Of a stretch of DNA of 64,000 nucleotides, positions 17,330-31,578 are shown piece by piece. A model generated the notes under the pieces. It had not been told where the DNA came from. It searched no databases and was given only the letters and a program-made list of their open reading frames with translations. The stretch covers positions 26,290,001 to 26,354,000 of the forward strand of contig NC_087250.1 of assembly GCF_037042905.1 (NCBI RefSeq). Direction: 5' to 3'. The DNA comes from Lytechinus pictus. Lineage: Eukaryota. The position numbers were made by a program, and so were the translations under genes. Position 1 is the stretch's first letter, and every line of letters begins with the position of its first letter.

Positions 17330-17860
17330 CACTTGGTCTAATCATCAGATGGGCTAACAACATTCGGGTTAAACCAACTTAGTCATATTCTCTTTTGGTC
17401 TAATGACCCCTTGGTCTAATAGCCAATTAGTCTAATGACCACGCGGTCTATTAGCCACTTGGTCTAATTACCATTTGGTCTAATAGCCAATTGGTCTAAT
17501 TACCACTTGGTCGAATAGCCGCTTGGTCTCTTGCCCAGTTGGGCTAATCGTCACTTGGTCTAATTCTCATTTGGTCTAATTGCCATTTCGTCTAATGTAT
17601 TTTATTATCACTTGGTCTAATTGCATTTGGTCTAATACCACTTCGTCTAATAATCGGATGGTCTAATACTAGTTGGTCTAATCCTCACTTGGTCCATTAT
17701 TCATTTGGTCTATATTGCAGTTAGTCTAATGTGCAGTTGGTCTAATCCTCACTTGGTCCATTATTCAGTTGGTCTAGTTTCCATTTCGGCCAATTTCCAC
17801 TTGGTCTAATTTCCAGATAGTCTAACATTAATTTCGTCTACATGCCATTTGGTCTAATTT
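17330..17860. repeat. Degenerate ~20-bp tandem repeat (core cacttggtctaat)
   Basis: More than 20 consecutive units sharing ttggtctaat. Confidence 0.9.
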
Positions 17861-19479
17861 GTAAAGTCTGCATGGTGACTTGTTTTCATTTTTTTTGTGT
17901 GAAATTTTTAAAGTTACTTTCCGCGCACCGGCTTCGAATCTTCACACGCGCGCCCCTCGAAATTGGAGTACAGTTAGAGTGACGTATATTTCGTCCTCAG
18001 CTGGATTTTGAAAATTTTGGGATTTTCGAAAGCCTGTGGGGACGAAAAAAATATGGGGATTAAACAAACTTTGGGATTTTTTTTTGGTCTGTTTCAGGGG
18101 ATTTTTGAAGGTTTTGGTGAAAAACAATCAAATTTGCTATTTTTCTGTAGAATAACGCTAATATAGCGGTGGAAAAAAAATATGATATTTATTTATCCTC
18201 CTCTATGTATACGATTTACTATAGATAGTTAACGCTGGCTTAACCCAATCATGGTTCCCAACTTTTCAAGAAACAAAAATCCCTGATTTTTCTCTGATGA
18301 AGTTTAAAAATTCCCGAATTATTTAAACCCAATTCCAGTTTATCATGTCTTCTAAATTGTTGCAGTGAAATACAGGTATTATTATTTTTTTTATTATGCA
18401 TCTATAATGTACCAGTAGGCCTATTGTAGTAAGAGAGGCTACATGAAAAAAAAACCATAACATGTCATTCAATGAATGCTGTGTTAATATACAACAAAAT
18501 ATAACAGAGTCTGAATGACTATCGTGCTTTCGACTTTTGGGCCGATCAAAATTACCTGATTTTGCCCTCAAATGAGGCATTTTCCCCGGATTGAGGCAAT
18601 ATCTGATTGTAGGAACGTTTAAAAAATCCTAAATTTCCTTGATTTCCCTGATGGGGTGGGAACCTTGCCAATCCATTTTAAGGAGGAGGCGAAGAAGAAG
18701 AACACAAAACAGAATGAGAAGATACATAAGATAAAAGACTACTGATAAAGGTGTGCAAGCGTAGACTATACTGTGTTATTACACGTCAGAATGAAGTGGC
18801 TGCTACCAAAATGGTCGCAGTGATGTTGTTGCATATAACCCGATAGACCTGTATAGTGTTATCAAACTTTATTTAACTGGTCTGTTATTTGCCTCCAAAC
18901 TAACTATTGAAATAACTAAACAAAATATTCATAACGAAATTACATAATCTAATGGCTTTGCAGTTTTGGAATCCCCCAAACTGCATAACTAGGCCATCAA
19001 GTTCAAGTATCGTCCATAATGATGCATCACAATTATTTAAAAGAGGCATAAACATGTTTACCAAATACGTATCCACACAATCAATTACATCATTTTTGTT
19101 CCTTTCTTCATAATAGTTTTATTCTGATGAAACCCCGCCATTTGACCATTATAAGCTACAAGGTCCCCAACTTATTGTTCTGTAAATGTGCATGCGGCGA
19201 TGTAATGATTATGAGTATGATTTAATTTTCATCATCATCTTATAATCGATATACAGGCCTAATTATAAGATTTATTTGATTAGAATAATTCATTTGATGA
19301 GCGACAATCTCATCATCGATATTCCTTCACGGTGAGGTTTTGCGCCCACCATGCAGCCCTACTAGGCAAAGAGCATTAGGTTTAACATGGAAATTTCTGG
19401 TAACAAGCTGATTTTTTTAGGATAGGTCCTGCAATGTGTCTAGAATAACATACTAAAAGTCCCCATAAATCCTCCGTGG

Positions 19480-20205
19480 GGGTTTTCCGCAATCCAAGAT
19501 GGCGTCCAAAATGGCCGCCATCCACAGAAAATGCGCATAACTCACTCATTATTCACACTAGACATTACATTTCAGTGCATATTTCATGGTTAAAAGAGGT
19601 AAAAAAAAATATAGTGATATAGGTTAGAGTGAAAATAAGCATACCAGGGTACCTAAAAATCCAATATGGCGTCCAAAATGGCTGCCAAAGCCTAAAAATC
19701 CACTATTTATCTATTACTTACTATAACGTCTTTAATTTGGTCTCTATTTAATGGTTTTAAGTAATGGTTTTTCAAGTAATAAATTAGGACAAGTTACAAG
19801 GACAGTCAGTGGTCAAGTATGTCTGAAAATGCAAGATGGCTTCCAAAAATGGAGTCCAAAATGGCCGTTTTTACTTGCAAATGGATTTGAGTTTGGTGTC
19901 TAAACCATGGTTAGAAAGGTAAAATAATACATTTGAAAACGCTAAAAGGCCATTCAGTGGTCAAGTTTGTCCAAAAATCCAAGATGGCTTCCAAAAATGG
20001 ACTCTAAATTGACTGCTGTTACTAAAAAATTGGCATACTTCATTAAAAATCCACCTGAGATATATAATATTGGTGTCTAAACCATGGTTTGAAAAGTCAA
20101 ATATTACATTTGGACAAGTTAAAGGGACATTCAGCGGTCAGGTATGTCCCAAAATCAAAGATGACTTCCAAAAACGGAGTGTAAGTTGACTGCTGTTACT
20201 GATTT
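19480..20205. repeat. Interspersed repeat with reiterated aatccaagatggc(g/t)tccaaaatgg blocks
   Basis: Five diverged copies of the block spaced about 150-180 bp apart. Confidence 0.6.
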
Positions 20206-20551
20206 TTTTTTTAATTGCTGTATATTTGCTACGGATGGTTAAGTGCAGTGCATACATGTAGATTGTTTAGAGTAACACCCATATGTTACCACAATGTGCC
20301 ACAAAATATACCTTTTATAGGGAAAATAAATCTATAAAATCACCTGTGACATTTAGTCTTCAATAAGAGTTATATAAATATCTAATCATCCAACATTATA
20401 TTACATCCATATTAACTATAAATTCGTTCGAATTTACAATCTCGATTTACAATTTCGCGATGTTTAGGCCCCTACAGTCAATGAAAACTTATGCACTGTT
20501 ACTTTACAATTACATGTATTACCAATTCTCACCTTAGCTTTAAACAATATT

Positions 20552-20671
20552 AAAACGTCTCTATTAGGTCAGTATACCTGGCAACTGGGCGCGCTTCGAG
20601 CGCTCACTAAGTGACTCAAATTTTTTGCTGGTGCCCCCCCCCCCCATGCCGTGACCCACGGTACGCCACTG
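20552..20671 (-). mobile_element. Terminal fragment of the hAT-like family at 10773-12073
   Basis: Reverse complement of about the first 115 bp of that element; it directly abuts and truncates the pseudo-exon. Confidence 0.85.
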
Positions 20672-20956
20672 GCAGCAATGATCATCCCATCACTGTCAAC
20701 ATAAGCATACACACTACTAACATGAGTAATCCGGAAACCAGTCATTGGTATGCTGATGTTTCTAATCACCTGTCATTGTCTGTCATAGAGATAGATGCAT
20801 CCATTCAACATGCGTCTCTTACCACATACTATTACATTACTGTCTATGGGCGCATACGATGTAATCAACTTACCTACGCCAATTAGTTTCTCTTTGTGTT
20901 GAGTATTGATGTTTGTAACTTACCTGTCTTTGTTACGTACGTCTTGCACACATATC

Positions 20957-22109
20957 TATGAGGCGCCGATTGTACCAATATTATATAGAACAATTATTTG
21001 TTATATAATCATTATTTATTGAATAATAACTATTATTTATATATAATTTACATTTTATTTGTAAATAATTACTATTGTATAAAATAACATTTCTAATTAT
21101 TTATATATAATTCCAAGTAATACTTCATTATTTGTAAATAATAATAGTTCGACATTCCATTATTTATAAATAATGATTATTTGTTTTTCATTATTTAGAA
21201 ATAATGATTATTTGATTTTCATTATTTATAAATAATGATTATTTGTTTTTCATTATTTATAAATAATGATTATTTGATTTTCATTATTTATAAATAATGA
21301 TTATTGTTTTTCATTATTTATAAATAATGATTATTTGTTTTTCATTATTTATAAATAATGATTATTTGTTTTTCATTATTTATAAATAATGATTATTTGT
21401 TTTTCATTATTTATAAATAATGATTATTTGTTTTTCATTATTCATAAATAATGATTATTTGTCTTCTATTATTTATAAATAATGATTTTCGTTTTTCATT
21501 ATTTATAAATAATGACACTACATACTTCATTATTTATAAATAATTGCAATTCGTTTTTCCATTATTTATAAACAAGTTTTCTATTATTTATAAATAATAA
21601 TTATTTGCGAGAATAAATACAGATCGAACATGAAATTGCCGTTTCTCAACTTTATTGCCTCTGGGGGATTTTACCAGAATCATTAAAACGACATTTACAA
21701 TATTTTAACAAGTACACAGTTTCTAAACAATATTCATCAAGCCACAATCAACCAGATTTTAAGGGGGAAACCGGGTCACGTGACCTCCCAGAAGGAAGAG
21801 ATCCAACGGGATCCCAGGACAGGTATTTCCTGGGGTGCGGATTCCCCTCTTTACATTTATCATCTATTCAATACAAGATTATCTCATGTGTGAAATAAAA
21901 TTGGGGGAGAGGCTTCAAGACCAGAACGTGAATTCTTGGAAGGGGAACCTGCCGGAAGACATCCAGCCGGACTTCCAAACCAGGAGACTTTGGAAAGTTG
22001 GGTTCCCCTGTCCCGATTTTCTTGACATAATTAGTATACAGTGCCTCCCCCTGGTGTTGAAATTTGACAGATATAAGAAAAAATACCCACAAAAAAGCGA
22101 AAGCCCCAA

Positions 22110-22159
<50 letters not shown>

Positions 22160-25100
22160 CGTGACACTTGGCAAACACTATTGGATTTTGGGAGTCCCTT
22201 CATGTCAAGGCCATCCCTCCCAAACCATCGCGTCTGGTTTCCTGGTTGCAACTCATGGTTTCGGAAACCCATAAATTATGCTCTCTCTCCCTTGTCCTCT
22301 GCACTAGGACCAAAATATATACTATGAGCGTCATCTTCTTTTGTCATGTAATTATACTCGTACTTCAATAATGTCGCCATTATACTAGTATGAGAATTCT
22401 ATTTTGTGCATTTTATCGTATAATAATACTCGATAAAATAAGGGCCACTCTTCCAAAGCACCCCCGATATCATGACTAAGGTAGGATTTGGTCCCATATT
22501 CTGCCTCCTCGGCGGCGACCCTAAATGGTAGAATAGAGGGCCGTGCATCGGTGCCGTCGACTTTAAATTATCAAACCATTGCCTCCCCTGGAAAGCTGCT
22601 GTCAAAGCTACCGATAATAATCAGTCGGTAATTCTGTAACCAAGCCCAACCAAGCCATAAGTTCAAAAGTGAGTTTTCACGCTCGACAACCCAGCCAATT
22701 CAATAATCAAGGACAACAACAACTAAGTTAATGATCAATAAACCATGCCAGCCATCGGAATGGATAGTCAACAATCAAAAAATTATTCCATACAAAGCAA
22801 TCTCATGCGATCAACGAATGGACGCATCATATACCATACTCTTCGTCTACACCTCCAAGTTGTTATAAATATCTCTACATCAATTGGACATTGGCCAACC
22901 ATTCTCACTCTAAACCATTAACAAGCTTGACAACATCGCATCCTTGCTTATTTCATTCCCCCTGCGAGTGAATGTTGTTCGCAAGTTTGAGCCCTCGTTG
23001 CACTAAACATAACTCATGCAACGAGAGCTGAAACCAATTCCACGTCAAGTAGGTCCAGGGTAAAAAACCAGAGATAAAACTCGGTGAGAAGAAACTCTGG
23101 AAAACCTTCGGATCCACTTTTGCGGAAATGTGAAACAACAAATCAACAAGTGTCTTGGCACACCTTAAAAAGGAGTACCCTTCTTTCAACTAATTTCAAC
23201 TTAATGTCAATTAGGGGGTCATCGAAGTGACTCTAACATGAAATAATTTGAGGCCAAAGAATATATCAAATTAATGTATAGCCAAACCATGCTAGTAATT
23301 CTATCATTATTGTACAACTCAACTGTTTGATGAAATGCCATATAAAATCAATCTCCACAACTATTTGATAAATGTGTATTTCTTTTCAAGTGAACAAACT
23401 GTGGCCTCCATAACCGTTAAATAAGACCATTGAATTTCATCATCCCTGGTAACAGTTCATGCATTAGGAAATTTTGCATGATTTTCTCATGTGTAATGTT
23501 AATGTAGGAATGCCTTCCTTCAAGCTAAGAACCGGGATTTTTTTTTTTTTTTTTTTTTCGTTTTTGGTCACCAGTGTGAATCGAAACAAATAAGATCCAT
23601 TCCACATCGATTAATGAAGTTAAATGGGGGCATAAAAATCAAGGCGTGCATTCCCACATTCAAGTTGGCTTCATATATGAGATCGCCTCTTACAACAGGT
23701 GAGGTTATGTCTTAAAGGAAGAGACATATATAAGCACATAAATGCACCAGAGGGACATGCCTCACATTTTTTGTTTATATTCTTGGTTATCGATGCTTCA
23801 ACCGACTTTGCTGGCTGCCCAGAATTGCAAATAGATACGAACTGAAGGTGTTCCCATAATGCCCCTTTTTTCCAAGGTTTTTTAGTTTTCTCCGAAAGGG
23901 TTATACTTCTCAACAACTTCGAGATTATTCATGTTTCCTCTTCAAGTCTGGACTTAAGGATCTTGATCACTGCATTTCTCAACCTCTCGTCTATTTAGAG
24001 CATTACGTTAAACCATAAATCCGGCATCTTCAAATGAATCCGGATTTCTCATCTTGCAGTGTGAAAACCTTTGCAACCACTGTCATCCAATGTGAACCAT
24101 AGTAAGCCAAGTCTAAGCCCTGTCCCTTCGTACACTAGTCCAGGTCAAGCTTAGCTAAGTCTCCTCGTACCTCAGTCTGGGTCTAGGCTTGATCATTTGT
24201 GCCCTGGCCAATTAACTTCAGACTCCACGTCCCTGGAGAGGTAAAAAACAAACAAATCTTCCGGCAGAGTATTGTTCAACACAACGTGACAAGAATGTGT
24301 GCAAGGAATTCCATACCTGTTCCCTTATACTTTCCACAACTAATCGCCTCAACCTGCAACGCTCCAGAATTGCAATAAAAGGGGATTTTCCCAGGCGCCC
24401 TTTTAAAAAGTATGCCAATGAATTTGTGAATCCCGCACTCGTTCCCTTCACTTTTCACAACTAGGGGCCGAACCTACAGCGTTGGATAAGCTTTAACATG
24501 GCAATAAATGGGGTTTTCCAGGGCTCTTTTGAGCACTTCGGGGGGGGGGGGCACAAACGCCCCCAACCTCCCCTCCTCACCCGGAATGACACAATCGACG
24601 TATATTTTATTGTGGTTATGTCCTATCTTTACGCCATCTTATAAACTCGAGGCCGGCGAGAAGGAATAAGTGGTACGGACACTGGGCATACATTGACTAC
24701 ATTTCCGAACTGACATTTGGTAATAGAGGTCTATAAAAAAATGACGTATCTTAGCATTCCCCAACCTCATCAAGCAACTAAGCTGCCAGTTAATTCATGT
24801 AGGTCCAGAACAGGATGAAGTTGACCAAGCAAATAACTATTATTACACACGCCCAATGGACAGCAAAATACGGATTACGGTACATCGACCTATACCTCCA
24901 CCATCCATCTCAACGAATAATATCGTTTTAGTACCGGTAGGCGAATGCAGTTTATTTCATCATATTTATCGTATCCCTGTTCACACCGAAGCCAGCCACC
25001 CCAGTTTCATTTATAGCCCCTATCCTGTTCATTTTGGGGAATTTGGTTACAAAATGCCAGCTGATCAATGGGCTCAAATTATCGTGGGATCCAGCTTGGT

Positions 25101-28100
25101 GTATGGAGCATCGTTTATTTCTTTTTTGTTTATTTTGTAGCATGAGCCGGGACTCAGCTGGCGAAACAGAATGTTGATCCTTTAATTAGATCCAACACAA
25201 AAAACCCACACCGTGATAGGCCTTGACCTAACATTTGACAACCCAACTCAGTCCACTGTCCAACGCTGCCTTTCCGAGTGGGGCGCGACGCCAAGCCCTC
25301 CGATTCGACCCTCACCAACGCTCTCATAAAGTCATATTGAATCAACTTAACTCATGGAGCAACCCAACTCCAGTCGCAAACCAAGCCGAGTCGAAGCTAG
25401 CCTAGGTCCTTCAGTTTCCATTTATCCTGCATTCCCGCAACCACATTAGAAATATATTGAAAAATGTTCGGTCCTATTAGATCGAAGCCAAAGGGGTTAT
25501 AGGGATAGATCCAGGTCCAGAGAACATTTAGTCTGAGTTGGAACTTTGAATTTGGTCAATAGATATAGGCCTAGATCTAGTATCACAAGTTATAACGTTA
25601 GAGTTCCGGGCCCCAGTTAAGTAATAGCTATACTATAGCGGCCGGTTCAGGCCAAATTCATTTAAGGTCTAGGTCAAGATGTGCAACTACAAGTACAAAC
25701 ATGGATCCAAACACTCACCGGGTCAAGATATATACACTGTGGTCCGGGCCCTAACTCCACTCCATTCGCATCAACAATCAATTAGATCCAGCTCCATCGA
25801 ACTCGAAGCATCGCCGGCAGTTTTATCACAGGCACAGCCTCAAAAGACAATCGGCCTAGTTGTACTCATAGGAGAACAACTCCGGCAAATATCCTCATTC
25901 ACGGCATTGGTCAGAGCTTCCGTTTGACTGAAAGTACTTATTATTCCTGTGGAAGCTGATGTATATTCCAACTCTGCAGTCTCACCGATAGACCGTGGCA
26001 AATAGCGGTCGATCTAACGTTAGACCTCTAACGAGAACGGTGATCCCGGCCTAACTGAGATAGTCCCTGTAGGGGTTCGGTAATTCAGCGTTGTATCCGT
26101 CCATCCCTTCACTGCACTCTGCAGCTCCACCAGCGTGTCGTCAGCGAGATCTGGACGGCTAGCCATTCATAATGTTGATAAAAACGCTGAGAATTAATTT
26201 TCCCGGGATCCATTTTATCCTGACATCCCTGTGACCTGGGATGAGCAATACTAGTACTTGAATTGTTTGTATTAGCCTGCTAAAGTGAGGCCTAAACTAT
26301 GATGATCCAAGAACGGTTTCATAGCGAACTACGAATTAACGTCTTGCATCCCCCAGAGCTTAGTTGAGAATGAACATGTGCTTCCAAATCTGTCGCGTAT
26401 TGCGCACGTCCCTGAATTCTTTCAATGCATTTCATTGGTTCTTTTTAGCGTAGAGGCTGTGCCCCCGTTGCCGTTGCCTGGCTGTCACCAAGGGCGCTGT
26501 GTAACGGCGCCATCCATGACATGCCCAGCCAATCACAGACATGTTGCTGGGGGCGTGTCCTTGGAGAATTCCCGCGGAATCGCAGGGGCGCGCTTTGTTT
26601 TCGCGGGCCGTGTATGGCTTGCCAATAATTGGTTTTTTGAGAAGACCTGTCTTCTCTCGCAAACTATCTTCTTCGCTTATTCGAATAATCTTATTATTAA
26701 CAATGCCAGTGCACATTTCTTTATTTATAAATAATTTGTTGAGTTTCCCATTATTTATAAATAATGATTATTTGTTAAATAATGAAAACGTCTACTTCAT
26801 TATTTATAAATATTTTTTTCGAGTGCGCCATTATTTTCATTATTTACAAATAATTATTATTTAATGTTCGAGTTTTCCATTATTTATAAATAAAGATTAT
26901 TTGTTAAATAATGAAATATCTACTTCATTATTTATAAATAATAATTTAGTTTCAATATCCCATTATTTATAAATAATCATTATTTATAAACAATTTTTAC
27001 AGTTTGCCATTATATACAAATAATCATTATCTATTAAATAATGCCATTATTTATTAAATAATGGAAAACACGCTATAACATGCAAATGTGGGACCGGCCA
27101 TGATATTAATATTCATGATGCGATTTCCTTTTTCGTGATTTTTCTTCACAATTTTTTGTCCGTTTCCTCTTCATAATGGCATTTCTTGAAGCAATTTTCT
27201 AGGGATTTGGTCTGATTGTAATATTCTTCATTTTCTATATAACTTCGTCTTCGTAGAAATATCAAAAAGTGTAATTTTATACGATTTTTCCTACAGTTCA
27301 CAATCCCCGTAGGCGCGCGTGTATTTCACCTTTTCTCTCTGATCGTAGGAACAACCCAAGGGTTCATTACATGTTGTCGCGCACAGAAAAATTAAGCCAT
27401 AGAAGTTGCGTGTTGTGGACACCAGAAGTGAGATCCCAGCACACGCGACCCACTTGTTAGAAATCCACTGACCGGTGAATCGACGAAATGCTCTTCATCG
27501 AAATATTACGTTGGTTGGTCCCCGGAACTGTCGGGCGGAATTTAGCCCGAAATCCGGATCAAGTGCATATGAGCTGAGAGAGTGAGTGTAAGTGAATCAG
27601 GCCCTTCTACTTTCTATAATTTTTTTTTTTTTTTTTTTGTTAAGTTAATTTTTCCCAAAAATGCTCGCAACGACAATACGGGGGCATGATGACCCCTAAA
27701 TTTTTGAAAAAAAAGTGCCCAAATTACAAGCTTGGTCGCTTCGCTGTGTCGCTTTCAACTTGAGAACGAGTTTACACGCATGCTCCCCCCCCCCCCCCCC
27801 CCCCCGAAAGAAATTCTGTGTACAGCCATGCTCAAAAGAGCCTGGCACATTGATTTATATATACTTTTCATTTTCATTATTTTTATATTTTTTTTCTAAA
27901 TTATCACCATGGCCTCACGCATAATTTTTTCAGGGGGGGGGGGGGAGCATGACGCGCGTAAACTTTCCAATAAAAAAACCTTGAAAGCGAGACAACCACG
28001 CGACCAAGCCAAAATGACAAGCTTGGTCGCTTCGCTTTTTCAAGATTTTTTTTAGAAAGTTTACGCGCGTCATGCTCCACCCCCCCCCCCGGAAATTTCT

Positions 28101-30149
28101 GCGTAAGGCCATAGTGATAATGAGATAAAAATAATGAAATTGAAAATAATTTCTTTTGGGAGATGGGGGCAGACGCGCGTAAACGCTCTCAAGTTGAAAG
28201 CGAGACAGCGAAGCGACCAAGCTTGTCATTTTGGCTTGGTCGCGTGGTTGTCTCGCTTTCAAGGTTTTTTTTTTGGAAAGTTTACGCGCGTCATGCTCCC
28301 CCCCCCCCCCTGAAAAAATTATGCGTGAGGCCATGGTGATAATTTAGAAAAAAAATATAAAAATAATGAAAATGAAAAGTATATATAAATCAATGTGCCA
28401 GGCTCTTTTGAGCATGGCCGTACACAGAATTTCTTTCGGGGGGGGGGGGGGGAAGCATGCGTGTAAACTCGTTCTCAAGTTGAAAGCGACACAGCGAAGC
28501 GACCAAGCTTGTCATTTGGGCACTTTTTGGAGTTTTAAAAGTGAAATATGAAGGCTTTCGTGCACACTTTTGGTGAATTTTGTGATAATTTTCAATAGAA
28601 AAATAAGTTTTCAAAAATGTAGGGGTCATCATGCCCCCGTATTGTCGTTGCGAGCATTTTTGGGAAAAATTAACTTAACAAAAACAAAAAAACAAAAAAT
28701 TATAGAAAGTAGAAGGGCCTGATTCACTTACACTCACTCTCTCAGCTCATATGAACTTGATCCGGATTTCGGGCTAAATTCCGCCCGACAGTTCCGGGGA
28801 CCAACCAACGTAATATTTCGATGAAGAACATTTCGTCGATTCACCGTTCAGTGGATTTCTAACAAGTGGGCGCGTGTGCTGGGATCTCACTTCTGGTGTC
28901 CACAACACGCAACTTCTATGGCTTAATTTTTCTGTGCACGACAACATGTAACGATCCCTTGGGTTGTTCCTACGATCAGAGAGAAAAGGTGAAATACACG
29001 CGCGCCTACGGGGATTGTGAACTGTAGGAAAAATCGTATAAAATTACACTTTTTGATATTTCTACGAAGACGAAGTTATATAGAAAATGAAGAATATTAC
29101 AATCAGACCATATCCCTAGAAAATTGCTTCAAGAAATGCCATTATGAAGAGGAAACGGACAAAAATTTGTGAAGAAATATCACGAAAAAGGAAATCGCAT
29201 CATGAATATTCATATCATGGCCGGTCCCACATTTGCATGTTATAGCGTGTTTTCCATTATTTAATAGATAATGGCATTATTTAATAAATAATGGTTATTT
29301 GTATATAATGGCAAACTGTAAAAATTGTTTATAAATAATGATTATTTATAAATAATGGGATATTGAAACTAAATTATTATTTATAAATAATGAAGTAGAT
29401 ATTTCATTATTTAACAAAAAATCTTTATTTATAAATAATGGAAAACTCGAACATTGAATAATAATTATTTATAAATAATGAAAATAATGGCGCACTCGAA
29501 AAAATTATTTATAAATAATGAAGTAGACGTTTTCATTATTTAACAAATAATCATTATTTATAAATAATGGGAAACTCAACAAATTATTTATAAATAAAGA
29601 AATGTGCACTGGCATTGTTAATAAATAATTATTATTTATAAATAATAGAAAACTTATTTAAAAATAATGGAAAAACGAATTGCAATTATTTATAATTAAT
29701 GAAGTATGTAGTGTCATTATTTATAAATAATGAAAAACGAAAATCATTATTTATAAATAATAAAAGACAAATAATCATTATTTATAAATAATGAAAAACA
29801 AATAATCATTATTTATAAATAATGAAAAACAAATAATCATTATTTATAAATAATGAAAAACAAATAATCATTATTTATAAATAATGAAAAACAAATAAAA
29901 ATTATTTATAAATATTGAAAATCAAATAATCATTATTTATAAATAATGGAATGTCGAACTATTATTATTTACAAATAATGAAGTATTACTTGGAATTATA
30001 TATAAATAATTAGAAATGTTATTTTATATAATAGTAATTATTTACAAATAAAATGTAAATTATATATAAATAATAGTTATTATTTAATAAATAATGATTA
30101 TATAACAAATAATTGTTCTATATAGTATTGGTACAATCGGCGCCTCATA
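20957..30149. mobile_element. 9.2-kb long-TIR DNA transposon, IS3EU-like, apparently non-autonomous or decayed
   Basis: Termini tatgaggcgccgattgtacc ... ggtacaatcggcgcctcata; exact 6-bp TSD catatc (empty site visible in the intact paralogue near 15071); TIRs over 500 bp built of ~31-bp repeats containing the palindrome cattatttataaataatg. Superfamily inferred only from TAY..RTA ends and the 6-bp TSD. Confidence 0.8.
26694..29624. repeat. Large inverted repeat (arms about 26694-28036 and 28207-29624, spacer about 170 bp)
   Basis: Arms are near-perfect reverse complements, e.g. ttattaacaatgccagtgcac / gtgcactggcattgttaataa and gcttggtcgcttcgct / agcgaagcgaccaagc. Confidence 0.92.
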
Positions 30150-31578
30150 CATATCTCATCATCACTGACTAAGCCACAAACATACGACTCATTAACAACC
30201 GATGGAATGTGAGTTGACTCGTCAATTTCCCATTTACCGATATACCCATCAATTCTACCATAGTATTCTTCACCTACTTTCCCCTCTACAAACTTCACTC
30301 TCTCAACTTCACTCTGTATTCGGTCAAGACAGTCGCTAACTTCTTGATGTATCAACAGATGCACGTACTTGATGAGCTTCATTCACCGATGTTTCATCAT
30401 GTTGGTTTATTCGTGTGATGGTTGATTCAATATTCTTTATAGCATCCTTAATCTTACCAGTAAGATCCATTATCTTCTCTGAAAAGAATTTTGCTGATTT
30501 AATCTGTGTCTGACAAGCATTTTAACAATTTAGCTTCTTTTTTGTTGTTGTTGCTTAGTTTTCGTTCCCGGGCTATCTCACCTTCGTAGGCTTCGATCTG
30601 TTTTCGTCGCCTTTCGTCTATTGCTCGTATTCCCTTATCTGCCTCCTTGTCAATTTCTCGAATCAATTTCTTTTTTTTTTCCGTTCTATATCATTACAAT
30701 TACCGTTAATATCTGCCAATGTCTCTTGTATATCACCCTTAATCATGTTACTTGTATGAAGATGCTTACTTGATGGTTTTGAAAGGTCCGTTAGTTTCCA
30801 TTCAACTATCTTGCTTCTTTGTTTAATTCCCTCTAACATGGCCCGTTTCTCATCGAGTTGCTTCCTTATGTCGTTTGGATCACGTTTTTCCTGGTCGTCT
30901 TCTTTGATACTCGGAGGAGGAATTTCGACGTTGTGTCGCTTCGCTTTGACATCTCTGTCTTGCATTTCAGTCTGAGATACAGAATAACCTACATCGGAAA
31001 TAATAACAAAGAATATTGAATTACTTCAATGTGATTGTTTTGGCTTCTGATTTCCAAGCGGTTGCCAATTAGGTAATATGTTTTTATCTTATCAAAGACT
31101 AATACGTTACTCTCTTGATAAGAAGAAAGAAGGTCAAATGTTTTAACTCTTAAACTCTTTTTACCTCTAACAGTATAAGACAGGTGCTCTACCACTATAC
31201 TTCTCTGACCGGATATCTTAAGATGAAATCATTACACAAAATTTGAATCACTAGCTTTCAAAAATTGGAAAATGTTAATTCTTATTAAGAATTAGGGAAG
31301 TTATAAAAATAAATTATTTTCTTAATAAAATGTATATTGATCTCAAGGATCAATATTAGAAGAGGCCCGCCGTTGGCGGAGCAAAGAAAAGGGGAACAAA
31401 GAGAAAAAAGGGGGATGAAGAAAAGAAGGGACTGATAATAAAAAGAAGAGGAAGAAGAAGGAGAACAATAAATTAGCACGGTGTAATAATACCAAAAATA
31501 CCATGGAATGATTTTTTTTTAAAGCGGCCAGATACTTGTTATTAGAATAAACAAGATTTTTACACTTTTTCTTCTTAC

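Larger units (their letters stand above)
20672..30988 (-). pseudogene. Disrupted paralogue of the 14327-15879 exon (pieces 30988-30150 and 20956-20672)
   Basis: Same acceptor context (gatgtag|GTTATTCTGTATCTCAG); VSDCLDRIQSEVERVKFVEGKVGEEYYGRIDGYIGKWE matches the intact copy; frameshifts, a 9.2-kb insertion and 3' truncation after VDSDGMIIAA. Confidence 0.9.

Noticed and set aside
17330..17860. Repeat-spacer-like ttggtctaat array
   Set aside because: Period of about 20 bp with mutually similar linkers; a degenerate minisatellite.
21160..21600. Regular ~31-bp palindromic repeats resembling a CRISPR array
   Set aside because: Contiguous units with no unique spacers and no cas genes; mirrored in the opposite TIR of a transposon.
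20957..30149. Polinton/Maverick assignment (6-bp TSD, long TIRs)
   Set aside because: Termini are TAT..ATA rather than AG..CT, and no polB, integrase or capsid ORFs are visible.
31343..31578. C-terminal half of the 170-aa ORF as a transmembrane tail
   Set aside because: It is read-through past a consensus gtaag donor into low-complexity intron sequence.
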